Source: a virus (Duplodnaviria > Heunggongvirae > Uroviricota > Caudoviricetes). From it: 64,000 nt of DNA. Numbering within the stretch: position 1 is the stretch's first letter; every line of letters starts with the position of its first letter. Made by a program: the position numbers and the translations under genes. Location of the stretch: the IMG/VR virus record IMGVR_UViG_3300049489_000540; one strand, 5' to 3'. Shown in pieces: positions 19,155 to 28,689 of this stretch. Below the pieces are notes generated by a model that saw nothing but the letters and a program-made list of their open reading frames with translations, was not told where the DNA came from and searched no databases.

Positions 19155-19534
19155 TCTGGATTTTTCCTGACGAGATTAAGATACTCCAACAGAACAGACT
19201 CCAAAAATTCCGAAAAAGCTTCATAATTATCGGATGAAAGCGGCATATGGTAATGTCGAAGATTGGTCGCTGGTAACGGTGTTTTCCCCCAATATTCATC
19301 TACAACTTTTCTACAACCAATATTTTCAATATATTGAACAAATGGTACTATATATTTACCAGATAAATCTTTTTTCGCGTTTTTATGGTACTGGTCGGCA
19401 AAATACATGAGGATGAAATCGCGGACAAGTAGATTTGAAGCATGTGTAGATTCAACTTCCTTTTCCTTTTCAGCCAACCGCTCCATCAATTCTTCATTCT
19501 GCTTTTCTAACTCATGTGTATATTTTCTTTTCAT
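19151..19534 (-). CDS. family-1 small protein
   Basis: N-term MKRKYTHELEKQNEELMERLAEKEKEVE. Confidence 0.65.
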   Translation of the reverse strand: MKRKYTHELEKQNEELMERLAEKEKEVESTHASNLLVRDFILMYFADQYHKNAKKDLSGKYIVPFVQYIENIGCRKVVDEYWGKTPLPATNLRHYHMPLSSDNYEAFSEFLESVLLEYLNLVRKNPE

Positions 19535-20145
19535 TCTTTATTCTTCTCCAAAAATTCTTCTATTTCCTCCCGGTTCCACAAACCTTGTATCTTGGGTGCG
19601 AACCATGCGACATAGGGAAAGATCAGTCCCGAATCAATCGCTTTACGATATTTCATCCATACGAAGTTGATGAGACGATCTTTACCTTCATCTGTACATG
19701 GGCAGCCAATATGTCCTCCACCCATTCCAAATCCCCTGTCTGTTATGATATAACCCATCTTTACAAGGTCTTTGGATACTTGGGCAATAACTCCATTGCT
19801 TGAGTATTCTGTGAATTTTTGCGGATCATCAAGTAAAAGTTGTAGTTTATTGATGACCACATCTTCATCTTCGTCGCCACATTCTATAGGCTTGCCGAAA
19901 GGTATCTCTGATCCGAATCGTATATCAACCATCCATGGTGACATGATATGACGCAAATGTGGAGTGGAATAAATGTACTTACCGATCTTTTCCAGATCAT
20001 GTTCAATAGTTTTTGTAATGATGTTAGCGTTTTCATCTTGTGTATCCGGCGAACAACATCCACCACCACCATTCTTGTCGTACATATTCAGCAACTCCAG
20101 GCGCTTTTTCGCCCACATGATACGAGCTTGTAATTCAGTGATCAT
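19531..20145 (-). CDS. hypothetical protein (weak family-1-like N-terminus)
   Basis: 204 aa; N-term MITELQARIMWAKKRLELL; Gly/Cys-rich segments GGGGCC, GGGHIGCPC. Confidence 0.5.
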   Translation of the reverse strand: MITELQARIMWAKKRLELLNMYDKNGGGGCCSPDTQDENANIITKTIEHDLEKIGKYIYSTPHLRHIMSPWMVDIRFGSEIPFGKPIECGDEDEDVVINKLQLLLDDPQKFTEYSSNGVIAQVSKDLVKMGYIITDRGFGMGGGHIGCPCTDEGKDRLINFVWMKYRKAIDSGLIFPYVAWFAPKIQGLWNREEIEEFLEKNKE

Positions 20146-20588
20146 TTGTGAGGCTCCTTCTCTTCGGGTTCGGTATTGCGTATGATAATGCGTCCAAGTA
20201 TATTGATACCGTTTTGCATGGTTGCTTCCAGATGCTTGGCGTACTTATCAAGATCCTCTGGATTATCGAAATTCAACTTGTCGGCTTGCATCCTCTTGCT
20301 GTCACCCAAAAAGCGAATGAAGTCACCAAGTAAGTTGGCATTGTATTGGGCGGTCGATTCTTGCTTATAACCAATAGCTTCCTTAGCGATATCTCGCTCG
20401 ATACGAAGCTGATTGTTCAGTGACAGTTGCTTACGATACTCAAGAGTAGCTTCTTCAAGCTGCTGGTGTTGAACAGCTAATTCTGCTTGCAATTTGGTAA
20501 TTTTTATAGCTAGCATCGAAACGACTATGCCACCCACAAACGAAAAACATATAAGAAGGAGTAAAAAACTTCGTTCGGGTTTGTGCAT
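20142..20588 (-). CDS. type-II membrane protein with periplasmic coiled coil (i-spanin-like)
   Basis: 148 aa; N-terminal TM FLLLLICFSFVGGIVVSMLAI followed by long coiled coil KLQAELAVQHQQLEEATLEYRKQL. Confidence 0.45.
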   Translation of the reverse strand: MHKPERSFLLLLICFSFVGGIVVSMLAIKITKLQAELAVQHQQLEEATLEYRKQLSLNNQLRIERDIAKEAIGYKQESTAQYNANLLGDFIRFLGDSKRMQADKLNFDNPEDLDKYAKHLEATMQNGINILGRIIIRNTEPEEKEPHK

Positions 20589-20633
20589 AGAATCCTCAAG
20601 CCACGGATTCTACATTGCAATTTTTATACGCAA

Positions 20634-21260
20634 CTATATTTTTATATCTAAAACTTTTGGAAACTTATCGGGATTTGCATAGCACATGATTTTATTGGCA
20701 CCATCTTCTGGATCATGCACAAGCTTTACAACAACACTATAATCCCGATCCCGTGTGAAATCATTTGGAGCAGTACCATCACTCCACCTATTCGCATTCG
20801 GTTTATATTGAAGTAGCTCATAAAACTTTTCAACGGCTGCTGTCATCTTCTCAACCAATGCCTTTTTATCCAGCAATATGACGCGATTATCAATAGTCTT
20901 TACGGAGTAGTATCGAGCTTGACTCAATAGATCACGACCAGGCTTCTTGGTTTTGTAGTCTTTATAGAATTCAAAAATGATGTCTTTACCAGTTTTCTTG
21001 TCTAGGCGACTTTTTAAAGTTACGGACAAGCGTTTATCATCGGACAGAATGATCCAGCCATCGATTTTTTGTTTATGATCTTCGGCATGTGAGCTATGGA
21101 CAACATTTTTAATCTTGCCTGGAAACTTCGCTTGTAAGCCTTTGCGCAAAGCATGTAGGATGACTTCTTCATCACGATTGCCGATACCCGTGGCGTCGAT
21201 GAATCCCGCTTCAAGTGCAAGATAAGCCTCTTGGAGTTGGCGGAATAATATGTCACTCAT
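20634..21260 (-). CDS. hypothetical protein; N-terminus resembles the family-2 C-terminal motif
   Basis: 208 aa; starts MSDILFRQLQEAYLALEAG (compare SQLEAAYLALERI). Confidence 0.5.
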   Translation of the reverse strand: MSDILFRQLQEAYLALEAGFIDATGIGNRDEEVILHALRKGLQAKFPGKIKNVVHSSHAEDHKQKIDGWIILSDDKRLSVTLKSRLDKKTGKDIIFEFYKDYKTKKPGRDLLSQARYYSVKTIDNRVILLDKKALVEKMTAAVEKFYELLQYKPNANRWSDGTAPNDFTRDRDYSVVVKLVHDPEDGANKIMCYANPDKFPKVLDIKI

Positions 21261-21269
21261 GTAACATAT

Positions 21270-21788
21270 TTATATTTTATAACCGTATCTCCTTAAAAAT
21301 TTATTGTATGGTGCAATGGGGTGGGATGCCCAATTCGGGCTGGTGCAGATAACCAATTTATCAATGTGATCCAAGTTGAGTTTCGCAATGGTTTCCAGTT
21401 TTGTATACTTCACATGCGTTATCTTAGGCACGGCTCGATTGCCTATACATATGCCTTCTCTGCGGCGTATACACTCGGTCTTGTCGGGGTATATCCATAC
21501 GAATTCTTTGACAGCTTTTGGAATGAAGTTGCCCCATGTTCCTTCATTCAAATCCAGAGTCGGATCAACATCAACTACATCATTATGAAAATCGATGTTA
21601 TAAATGATTTCAGTATCTTTTGGAATAAGCCGCTTGGTCACAACATGATGGTGATAGCGCACCACCCGAGATACTTTTGAAATTTCTATAAGATACTCTA
21701 GATAATTCGTATGCGCTTTGTCGTACTCGTTTAAAATCGTCCAGTAATCCAGATCAATCGTCACGAAATTTTTTCTCATAAGGCGCAT
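21270..21788 (-). CDS. hypothetical protein
   Basis: 172-aa ORF. Confidence 0.5.
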   Translation of the reverse strand: MRLMRKNFVTIDLDYWTILNEYDKAHTNYLEYLIEISKVSRVVRYHHHVVTKRLIPKDTEIIYNIDFHNDVVDVDPTLDLNEGTWGNFIPKAVKEFVWIYPDKTECIRRREGICIGNRAVPKITHVKYTKLETIAKLNLDHIDKLVICTSPNWASHPIAPYNKFLRRYGYKI

Positions 21789-21833
21789 GAGTGTATGCGC
21801 CTGGTATGTGATGTAAAGAAATATGTATAAAAA

Positions 21834-22613
21834 TTACATCATTACGGTAAGTGTGGTTCCGTCGATGTGTACAGCCTTGTCGGAAAATATCTCCAACAGC
21901 TTCGCAAAAATTCTTTTAGTGTTTTCGACGCTGTAGGTTGATGTCAGACGAAAGGTATTTCCGTGCCAAGCATACGATATGCCACCCGAATCTGGCTGAA
22001 TCAACAGACCCAATTTCCGTTGAGCATAGACGATAATATCCTGTCGAACGCGCCAATCATCGACAGTAGGAACCCTGTCGTTACACTCTTTCATAAAATG
22101 ATTGAATTCTGTTTCGGACAAGGACTTTGTTTCCTTCTCACATATGAATATGTCGTATTTAAAAATATAGAGATTATCTTTCAAGTCCCATGCTGGCGTT
22201 GATGCCACTTGAAACCTGTGCCGCAGTAATATGTTGCGCAGCTTAGACAATATCACATGAAAAATAACATTATCATCAGTCGATATGCGACAATGATGAA
22301 AGCCGCTCGTCTTAAAATGATCGGTATGTTCTAAAATGTCATATTTTGGTATGTTAGATATGTTCTTATCATGTATCGAGCAGAAATCTGATGCATGAAT
22401 AGACCATGTTCCCTTTTGATATGTGACTGACGCGGCGTACTCACCAAGCACATCCCGTAACTCACACAAGGCGGCTACGAGTGTCTTCTTATCATGTTCT
22501 TTTAATTGTATTTGCGCTTTGGCGTTGATGTGGCTCTCATCATCACTCTTCTTAACCGCTATGTGCATCAATGACTCCGACTTACAACTATATTCTTCAT
22601 TTTTAGAACGCAA
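21834..22613 (-). CDS. hypothetical protein
   Basis: 259-aa ORF. Confidence 0.5.
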   Translation of the reverse strand: MRSKNEEYSCKSESLMHIAVKKSDDESHINAKAQIQLKEHDKKTLVAALCELRDVLGEYAASVTYQKGTWSIHASDFCSIHDKNISNIPKYDILEHTDHFKTSGFHHCRISTDDNVIFHVILSKLRNILLRHRFQVASTPAWDLKDNLYIFKYDIFICEKETKSLSETEFNHFMKECNDRVPTVDDWRVRQDIIVYAQRKLGLLIQPDSGGISYAWHGNTFRLTSTYSVENTKRIFAKLLEIFSDKAVHIDGTTLTVMM

Positions 22614-22689
22614 TCCATATATTTATGAGTACCTTGTAAATATGTTAGAACGCCCATTCTATGTAAAAAGTCACATATGTCAATACCCA

Positions 22690-22716
22690 TTGACTTTTAT
22701 GGCTGATTGTTAGACT
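22690..22716 (+). promoter_or_regulatory. sigma70-like promoter TTGACTT-N15-TAGACT
   Basis: ttgacttttatggctgattgttagact; same consensus as the GC-rich-module promoters; -10 ends 8 nt before the ATG at 22725. Confidence 0.5.
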
Positions 22717-22724
22717 GCATGCCT

Positions 22725-23153
22725 ATGGCATCATACGCACAAGGATTAGAAGAGCAAATTGAGGTTTTACAAGAGAAACTTGCTAACTCTGAAATGACTA
22801 CGCAAGTTATTGCTAAGATGCTTCTAAAATTACATGAAAGTCTTGTGCTAGCCAACAACGGAACACTTCGATTAAATGCCCCATTACAATTCAACAAACA
22901 AGAAGTAGATAATATTTTAAAACAAATGAATGATGAATGGAAACCGATTTTTAAAAAATCGTTCGATGATCTACAGAAAAAGATAGAAAAGAGTCCATCG
23001 CCACCTTGGAAGATGCCTTCTCCATCTCCATCAGTACCAACACAAGCAGAAATTGCGAAAAAATATTTTGATCACATATCCCAATACACAGCAGACAAAA
23101 ATGAACAATTTCGTAAGATAGAACAATTCCGTAAGATTTTCTTACAGCCCTAA
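22725..23153 (+). CDS. family-1 protein
   Basis: N-term MASYAQGLEEQIEVLQEKLANSE; start moved from the TTG at 22707 to the ATG at 22725 after the promoter, so possibly leaderless; ATG 22719 is the alternative. Confidence 0.55.
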   Translation: MASYAQGLEEQIEVLQEKLANSEMTTQVIAKMLLKLHESLVLANNGTLRLNAPLQFNKQEVDNILKQMNDEWKPIFKKSFDDLQKKIEKSPSPPWKMPSPSPSVPTQAEIAKKYFDHISQYTADKNEQFRKIEQFRKIFLQP

Positions 23154-23750
23154 CTGCGAACGAATCTTATCTCGGAATTCGTCTATCTTCTTTTTCTTAT
23201 CAACTTTCTTGTCATTGATAAGGTTCTGAATTTTTGCTATTTTAGCGTCAACAGAACCGTGATCATTGAAGCCAACCACTTGCTTGCCACCATTTTTGGT
23301 AATCAATTCAAAGACCAAACCATAGAAACCATACTCAGCAAGTATATCTTTAATGGTTCTGATTTGTGCGTCAGTGAGTGTCAGACCACCACTAAATGCA
23401 TCGGTTTCTGGTGACCAACGCACCCAGCCTGTTGCCTTATAAAAATCATCAAGGCGACGGAAGCCGGTATAGCCCATTTCATGCACAGATTGGTCGTGTC
23501 CCATTCCACCAATTTCAATAATCTTTCCTTCAGGATCAATGAATCCTCGACGATCACGGTATGGTTTGACATCGGCTCCACCCAAGTCAGGAGCCTTAGA
23601 CCGGTTATACTGCACTTCAAATTCATTTGATTTGCGCAATGCTTCTAAATCTTCTGGCGACATGCCACCAAGGTAATCACCTGGATCATCATATTCAACA
23701 ATATCAGCTTCGACAAATAGCTTGCGTAGGGAGTTAGTGCGGTCACTCAT
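23142..23750 (-). CDS. hypothetical protein
   Basis: 202-aa ORF. Confidence 0.5.
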   Translation of the reverse strand: MSDRTNSLRKLFVEADIVEYDDPGDYLGGMSPEDLEALRKSNEFEVQYNRSKAPDLGGADVKPYRDRRGFIDPEGKIIEIGGMGHDQSVHEMGYTGFRRLDDFYKATGWVRWSPETDAFSGGLTLTDAQIRTIKDILAEYGFYGLVFELITKNGGKQVVGFNDHGSVDAKIAKIQNLINDKKVDKKKKIDEFRDKIRSQLGL

Positions 23751-23795
23751 ATTATCTTATTTATAAGCTCTTGCTTTTTAAAAACTCACGATAAC

Positions 23796-24179
23796 ATGTC
23801 CTACGGCATGACTGTATATACTGAGGAATTGGAAAAGACCGTTAATGAGCTACAAGACAGGCTGACACAAGCTGCTTGTTGGGAGCCTCAGTGGGTGCGT
23901 GATAAGAAAAACCATTTAAAAGTAGAGCCATGGTTTCAAGATAAAGAATGCCGTATACATTATTACATGTCACAGTACATCATATATGCATATGTGATGC
24001 CCGTGGTCAGAGATAACGATAATGGAAAATCTGTATTAATATACGCAGCAAACACTATTCAAGCAGTTACTGATTTTCAGAAGTCACCCCATAGGCAATT
24101 TACGGACATGCTTCAAGCTATGTCGTGGGTGGAAACACATATGAAAACAATGTTTTCAGGTATTACAATACAGTATTAA
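23796..24179 (+). CDS. family-1 protein
   Basis: N-term MSYGMTVYTEELEKTVNELQDRLTQAACWEPQW. Confidence 0.65.
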   Translation: MSYGMTVYTEELEKTVNELQDRLTQAACWEPQWVRDKKNHLKVEPWFQDKECRIHYYMSQYIIYAYVMPVVRDNDNGKSVLIYAANTIQAVTDFQKSPHRQFTDMLQAMSWVETHMKTMFSGITIQY

Positions 24180-24181
24180 CT

Positions 24182-24709
24182 ATGCCGACATACATTGAAG
24201 AATTAGAGAAACAAAATGAAGAATTGCAAGAGAAGCTTGCAATAGCCGAAAAGTTTATTGCGGAACACAACATATGCATCGAAAATGGTGATGGTAAGCC
24301 GTATGCACCTTCATCAACAGAAATCGTTCGTGGTTGGCATTTACATGATATCAAACGCACATGCTACGAATGGGGCGTAGTCATTACTTGTAAAAAATCT
24401 TCTAAGACCTGGCTGGGCAAGACTAATGTTTCTTTATATTCGTTTGTATGTAAAATAAAGTTTGCTGCCAATACGACAAATTTTTCTGTCACCTATGCCA
24501 CATATCCTTCAAACGAATCCATATATCTAACACATGAAGAAAAATTCTGTGAATCAATGTTTGAAATGGCTCGACACAATCGCTTTGTGTTCATTGGAAC
24601 GATAAATAGTAAATCCACTGTTTTAGATTATGTTCAAATTGAAAAAAATGGAAAAACTTTTCACCGATGTCTTGAAAACGGTATAATACGATTAAAGTTA
24701 CCTTCATGA
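24182..24709 (+). CDS. family-1 protein
   Basis: N-term MPTYIEELEKQNEELQEKLAIAEKFIAEH from the ATG at 24182; the longer ORF from 24125 precedes the motif. Confidence 0.65.
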   Translation: MPTYIEELEKQNEELQEKLAIAEKFIAEHNICIENGDGKPYAPSSTEIVRGWHLHDIKRTCYEWGVVITCKKSSKTWLGKTNVSLYSFVCKIKFAANTTNFSVTYATYPSNESIYLTHEEKFCESMFEMARHNRFVFIGTINSKSTVLDYVQIEKNGKTFHRCLENGIIRLKLPS

Positions 24710-25260
24710 ACTATACACGGCAGTTAGAGCAACATGTCGAAGAGCTTCAAGAGAAGCTTACACATGCACATGATGTGATACATATGCATGAGAATAAAGA
24801 AAAGTTGCTAAAGAATTCATACATGTATTGTCCGTTTTATGTGCGTGTGGTACGATTCGATCAAGTTGCAAGTAAATTAGACACCAAGGAAGAAAGATAC
24901 GGTTGCATAGATTCTTTATTGTTAAATTTATCATTTTTAACACTTGATAAACGAGTGGTAGCTATACATATAACCAAATATGGTTTATTCAGTAAATTAG
25001 TATTTCATACGCTAGCTTTTCCACCAGAAGTTGCATTGCTCTCAACATCCATGTTATCATCTACGGAGAAGAAATGTAATCATAAAACATTTGCGTTTTA
25101 TGTGAAATATTCTGGTGATCCCATTCTAGATGCCATGGGTGGCAAATATATACATATATTAGACCACAATCCAACAGCCCACACCGTAACGCATTTTATT
25201 GATTTACATGAGATTTTGAAGAAGCGTTACCAGAGGCGAGGCGATCCTCTATCTCTTTAA
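24706..25260 (+). CDS. family-1 protein
   Basis: N-term MNYTRQLEQHVEELQEKLTHAHDVIHMHE; ATGA overlap with previous gene. Confidence 0.65.
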   Translation: MNYTRQLEQHVEELQEKLTHAHDVIHMHENKEKLLKNSYMYCPFYVRVVRFDQVASKLDTKEERYGCIDSLLLNLSFLTLDKRVVAIHITKYGLFSKLVFHTLAFPPEVALLSTSMLSSTEKKCNHKTFAFYVKYSGDPILDAMGGKYIHILDHNPTAHTVTHFIDLHEILKKRYQRRGDPLSL

Positions 25261-25459
25261 TGACCAACATCGTCATGGCATGCATATAGAAAAATTCTTG
25301 AATTGAAACGACTTTGTTAAGTGTTGGATCAAAAACGGTACGCTGCGGATTGCAGCGCATATCACGAATGACATGACGCTGAACAATGATCGATTCATCG
25401 TCAGTCGGGCATGGTATTTCTTCACCATCACTTTGACCATCGGGATAACGGACGATCAT
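25196..25459 (-). CDS. hypothetical protein
   Basis: 87-aa ORF; 3' end overlaps the convergent family-1 gene by 65 nt. Confidence 0.35.
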   Translation of the reverse strand: MIVRYPDGQSDGEEIPCPTDDESIIVQRHVIRDMRCNPQRTVFDPTLNKVVSIQEFFYMHAMTMLVIKEIEDRLASGNASSKSHVNQ

Positions 25460-25710
25460 AATTGTTTAAATTCTAAAAAAGTATCGTACATATCCTTGTC
25501 CATATGATTCCACCATCGACAAAAACAATGTGGGCATTCCCTGGCTATAACAGCGTACCCATTCCAATCATAGAATCCAATGACATACTCGATATGGCAC
25601 GCATCATATGCACATTCAGGACACGCAGAAACAAGTATATTACTGCGTAGACTAGGTACTATACCAAGTCTGTATTTTTTATCAATATCAATATACAGTA
25701 TCATATTCAT
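25456..25710 (-). CDS. small Cys/His-rich (zinc-finger-like) protein
   Basis: 84 aa; CPECAYDACH...CPHCFC; ATGA overlap. Confidence 0.45.
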   Translation of the reverse strand: MNMILYIDIDKKYRLGIVPSLRSNILVSACPECAYDACHIEYVIGFYDWNGYAVIARECPHCFCRWWNHMDKDMYDTFLEFKQL

Positions 25711-26204
25711 CGTTTAGGATGCGTTCGTATAATATACGAATCTACTTCAACATCCTCAAGTCGCTCGAAGTAGCCGATCCATGAACACCATATTTTCCCA
25801 TCATATGGCGTTTTCGGTGTGAATGAATATGACTCTTTTCTATTCTTCCTGGTGTCGTAGTGTTTTTCTATCTCTCTTGCCAATTCCTTCGCCATGTCAT
25901 AGGTATCATAACATGCAACGAACACAAATTTTCCGCTGGTGGTTCCGAATGTGCTTCCCGTCTGATACCGTGCTGTGACGAGATAGCCATCATCACCAAC
26001 TTTAGGCTCAAAAAACGCCTTGACTTCCTCGGCGTAATTGTCCTTTTCGGTGTATAGATGTTTAATCGTCAAGTCAATATATTCGGGTTCGTGGCTTGCC
26101 CATGGACCATCATCCATGGCTTCGCCACCACGCCGAGATTCAGAATAATTGACATACAATGGGTGTACGATCATAGCAAAGATCCAATAAACATCATCTG
26201 CCAC
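25707..26204 (-). CDS. hypothetical protein
   Basis: 165-aa ORF. Confidence 0.5.
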   Translation of the reverse strand: MADDVYWIFAMIVHPLYVNYSESRRGGEAMDDGPWASHEPEYIDLTIKHLYTEKDNYAEEVKAFFEPKVGDDGYLVTARYQTGSTFGTTSGKFVFVACYDTYDMAKELAREIEKHYDTRKNRKESYSFTPKTPYDGKIWCSWIGYFERLEDVEVDSYIIRTHPKR

Positions 26205-26228
26205 ACTTGAAGTATGACAGATGATAGG

Positions 26229-26891
26229 TTAAACGGGCGCAGTAACGGGCGCTACTTCGACCGGCACTTCGACCGGCTTGGTTGCCACTTCGACCGGCAC
26301 GGTCGGAGCCGCCGTAGGAGCCTCGTCCAGCCAGCCGCGACCGCCGCGCTTACGAAGCGGAAGGTCCACTCCACGCTGACGCAGACGGTGTACCTTCTGG
26401 ATGACGGTGCCCTCGGTGGTCTTGAGCGCCTTGGCGATTTCCAAGTACGAAGCGCCAGCATTCCACATTTCGATCAGGCGCTCTTCCTTGCGCTTCGTCT
26501 TTTCCGATCTGATGCGTAGTGCGACCTCGCGCCGATCAACTTCGACGCCCATGATCTGGCGCAGCTTGAATACCTCGTCGTAGCCAAGGTTCAGACCGCC
26601 CTCATACAGCTTCGCCTTCAATTCCTCTTGGGTCAGCCCGAGACGGAGGCACACGCCTTCCAGATAGAATTTGCGCTTGTCACTGATGATGGTGTCGTGC
26701 TGCCGTTCAACCTCCAAGTGGCGGCAGTAGCGGTCTATGACCCACCACTCAAGCCCAAGACGCTCACGGCATTCCGTGGCGAGGCGGTTGCGGGCAGCTT
26801 CAACGCTATCGACATTCAAGGTCTTAAGTGCCTCGGCAATGTTGCGACTGCGCGTATCAGGGGTATTACTCATAGTATTCCTACCTTTCAC
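26229..26891 (-). CDS. DNA-binding regulator with sigma-70 region-4/LuxR-type HTH (paralog of 46841..47749)
   Basis: 220 aa; HTH IEMWNAGASYLEIAKALKTTEGTVIQKVHRLRQRG; N-terminal region alignable with the 47749 paralog; GC-rich; Pro/Val/Ala-rich tail. Confidence 0.65.
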   Translation of the reverse strand: MKGRNTMSNTPDTRSRNIAEALKTLNVDSVEAARNRLATECRERLGLEWWVIDRYCRHLEVERQHDTIISDKRKFYLEGVCLRLGLTQEELKAKLYEGGLNLGYDEVFKLRQIMGVEVDRREVALRIRSEKTKRKEERLIEMWNAGASYLEIAKALKTTEGTVIQKVHRLRQRGVDLPLRKRGGRGWLDEAPTAAPTVPVEVATKPVEVPVEVAPVTAPV

Positions 26892-26986
26892 TGGTCATAT
26901 TACCAGCCTAGCCAACGAATGCAAGCACTTCTTTCTACCATCAACTTGGACAACATGTAACCTCTTATATGGGCTATCTTTAAAAC

Positions 26987-27019
26987 GGCATAAGCGGAGC
27001 CAAAAGCCCCGCTTATGCC
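26987..27019 (-). terminator. 11-bp hairpin downstream of the SPFH gene
   Basis: ggcataagcgg-agccaaaagcc-ccgcttatgcc followed on the minus strand by GTTTTAAAG. Confidence 0.5.
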
Positions 27020-27039
27020 CGTGCGACATGTCCGACTAC

Positions 27040-27999
27040 TTACTTGGAAGTTTTAGTCGGAGTTTTTGGTTCCACGATATTCGGTGGATTCTCTATCCCA
27101 TCGCCCATGTGAAGCAGCGGAACGGGGTACTGTCCCTTGTTGTCGATGAAGAACAGCTTGTGGGCTGGGTTCTTGCTCAACTCGTTCAGCGTCTCCAGTG
27201 CCTTAAGCTGCACATAGACGGGCGATGATGCCGCAGCTTCATTCAGCGTCTTGATCTTATATGCCTCGGCATCGGCTTCGATTCGCATACGAAGTGCGGC
27301 TTGTTCGGCTGCTGTCTTTTCTGCGGTAGCTTGTGCGACCTTCTGTTGCTGTTCGACAGTGAATCGCTGCAATTCAGCCTCTTGTCTGACGGCTGCTTGT
27401 TCGCGTTCTTTCTTCTGCTGCACAGCGGTCGAAATGACGGGTGGCAGCTTGATATCGCGCACCAGCACTTCGCTGATAGTGATGCCCATCGGTTCAAGTG
27501 TCTTCAATTCCGTTTCGATGAAATTCTGTAACTTTGTCTGTGTTTCATTGGTCATGTAATCTTCGGCACGATCAATCGTCTTGGTTGCTTCACGCAGCGC
27601 AGAACGCAACTTTGGTTGTAGAACAATAGCCTTCACACGTTCAATATCTCCAATTTCCTTGAGAATCTTGGGTGCCAGTGCTGGGTTGAGCGTGTATTGA
27701 ACGCTGACATCCAACTGGCTTTGAAGCTGATCGCGGCTCGGAACCGCAACATCATCTTCGGTGTGTGATTGTTGGCGAATATCAAATTCCACGACATGGC
27801 TCATGGGATTGATAGCATGCATGCCTTCACGCAGCGCCTGTTCATTGACGCTACCAAAGGTGACTTGAACACCAGCATGTCCGGGTTCAATGACGGTACA
27901 TGACTTGACCCCAAGGATCAAGAATGCTACGACGATGACCAAGAGAACGATCATGATGACGATATTGCCTTCGGTGAAGGCTCTGCGACTGTGATTCAT
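27040..27999 (-). CDS. SPFH/band-7 (stomatin/prohibitin/HflK-C-like) membrane protein
   Basis: 319 aa; N-terminal TM IVIMIVLLVIVVAFLILGV then VIEPGHAGVQVTFG band-7 start and long Ala/Gln/Glu coiled-coil tail. Confidence 0.7.
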   Translation of the reverse strand: MNHSRRAFTEGNIVIMIVLLVIVVAFLILGVKSCTVIEPGHAGVQVTFGSVNEQALREGMHAINPMSHVVEFDIRQQSHTEDDVAVPSRDQLQSQLDVSVQYTLNPALAPKILKEIGDIERVKAIVLQPKLRSALREATKTIDRAEDYMTNETQTKLQNFIETELKTLEPMGITISEVLVRDIKLPPVISTAVQQKKEREQAAVRQEAELQRFTVEQQQKVAQATAEKTAAEQAALRMRIEADAEAYKIKTLNEAAASSPVYVQLKALETLNELSKNPAHKLFFIDNKGQYPVPLLHMGDGIENPPNIVEPKTPTKTSK

Positions 28000-28002
28000 G
28001 GG

Positions 28003-28104
28003 TTAGTTTTCCTTTTTATTTTGTCCGGCAGTATAGCCAAGACGGTAGGCGACATAAAGCAGACCTGACACGATGATGACGCTGAGTGCGCCGAGAATAA
28101 ACAT
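28003..28104 (-). CDS. tiny single-TM protein directly upstream of the SPFH gene (NfeD/YbbJ-like partner position), not in ORF track
   Basis: 33 aa MFILGALSVIIVSGLLYVAYRLGYTAGQNKKEN; RBS aaggagaagcct; stop 3 nt before the SPFH ATG. Confidence 0.45.
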   Translation of the reverse strand: MFILGALSVIIVSGLLYVAYRLGYTAGQNKKEN

Positions 28105-28160
28105 AGGCTTCTCCTTGTGGATGGGTACTCTACCGATGATTTTTAAACATCAAGATCATT

Positions 28161-28544
28161 TTATATGCAGCCAACAAGCTTCTCAACCATGGCTTTTTCG
28201 ATGATCTTTTTAGAGATTGACAGATGGGGATGGGTCTTGTTCCAATCGAGCATGCCTTCCAGATCGTTTTCACTGATCAACTTCTGGCGCACCACCGCCT
28301 GGTGGTTTGGATCTGATGTGGCTTCGGCTGTCAGCGACCGTTTCTTCAAGATACGGTTTTTGATGGTGTCTTGCACCGCCTTTTCTTCTGGTCGGTACCG
28401 TGGAGAACTGGTCAGATGAAAGTCGCCGCAGCTTGGGCATGCGTACCAATACAATGACTGTCCACGAATTCCCTCGTACAGCAGAGCAGCAGTCGCAACC
28501 GAGTTTTCATCTCGGTAGCCTTGCTTACCGTGACACATGTGCAT
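28161..28544 (-). CDS. hypothetical protein with CxxC motif
   Basis: 127 aa; YACPSCGDFH. Confidence 0.45.
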   Translation of the reverse strand: MHMCHGKQGYRDENSVATAALLYEGIRGQSLYWYACPSCGDFHLTSSPRYRPEEKAVQDTIKNRILKKRSLTAEATSDPNHQAVVRQKLISENDLEGMLDWNKTHPHLSISKKIIEKAMVEKLVGCI

Positions 28545-28643
28545 GGTAACCTTTCGTTACTGGTTTAGGTCATAGTACCATGTGGGGACGAAAATCAATA
28601 AAAATCCATAAGATACAATCTTGTAAGGGTTTGGGTGTTTAAT

Positions 28644-28671
28644 TTGACAATAGCTCAATGATTGCTAGTAT
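28644..28671 (+). promoter_or_regulatory. sigma70-like promoter TTGACA-N16-TAGTAT
   Basis: ttgacaatagctcaatgattgctagtat, then SD aggag 7 nt before the ATG at 28690. Confidence 0.55.
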
Positions 28672-28689
28672 ACCCACTAGGAGTAATAT

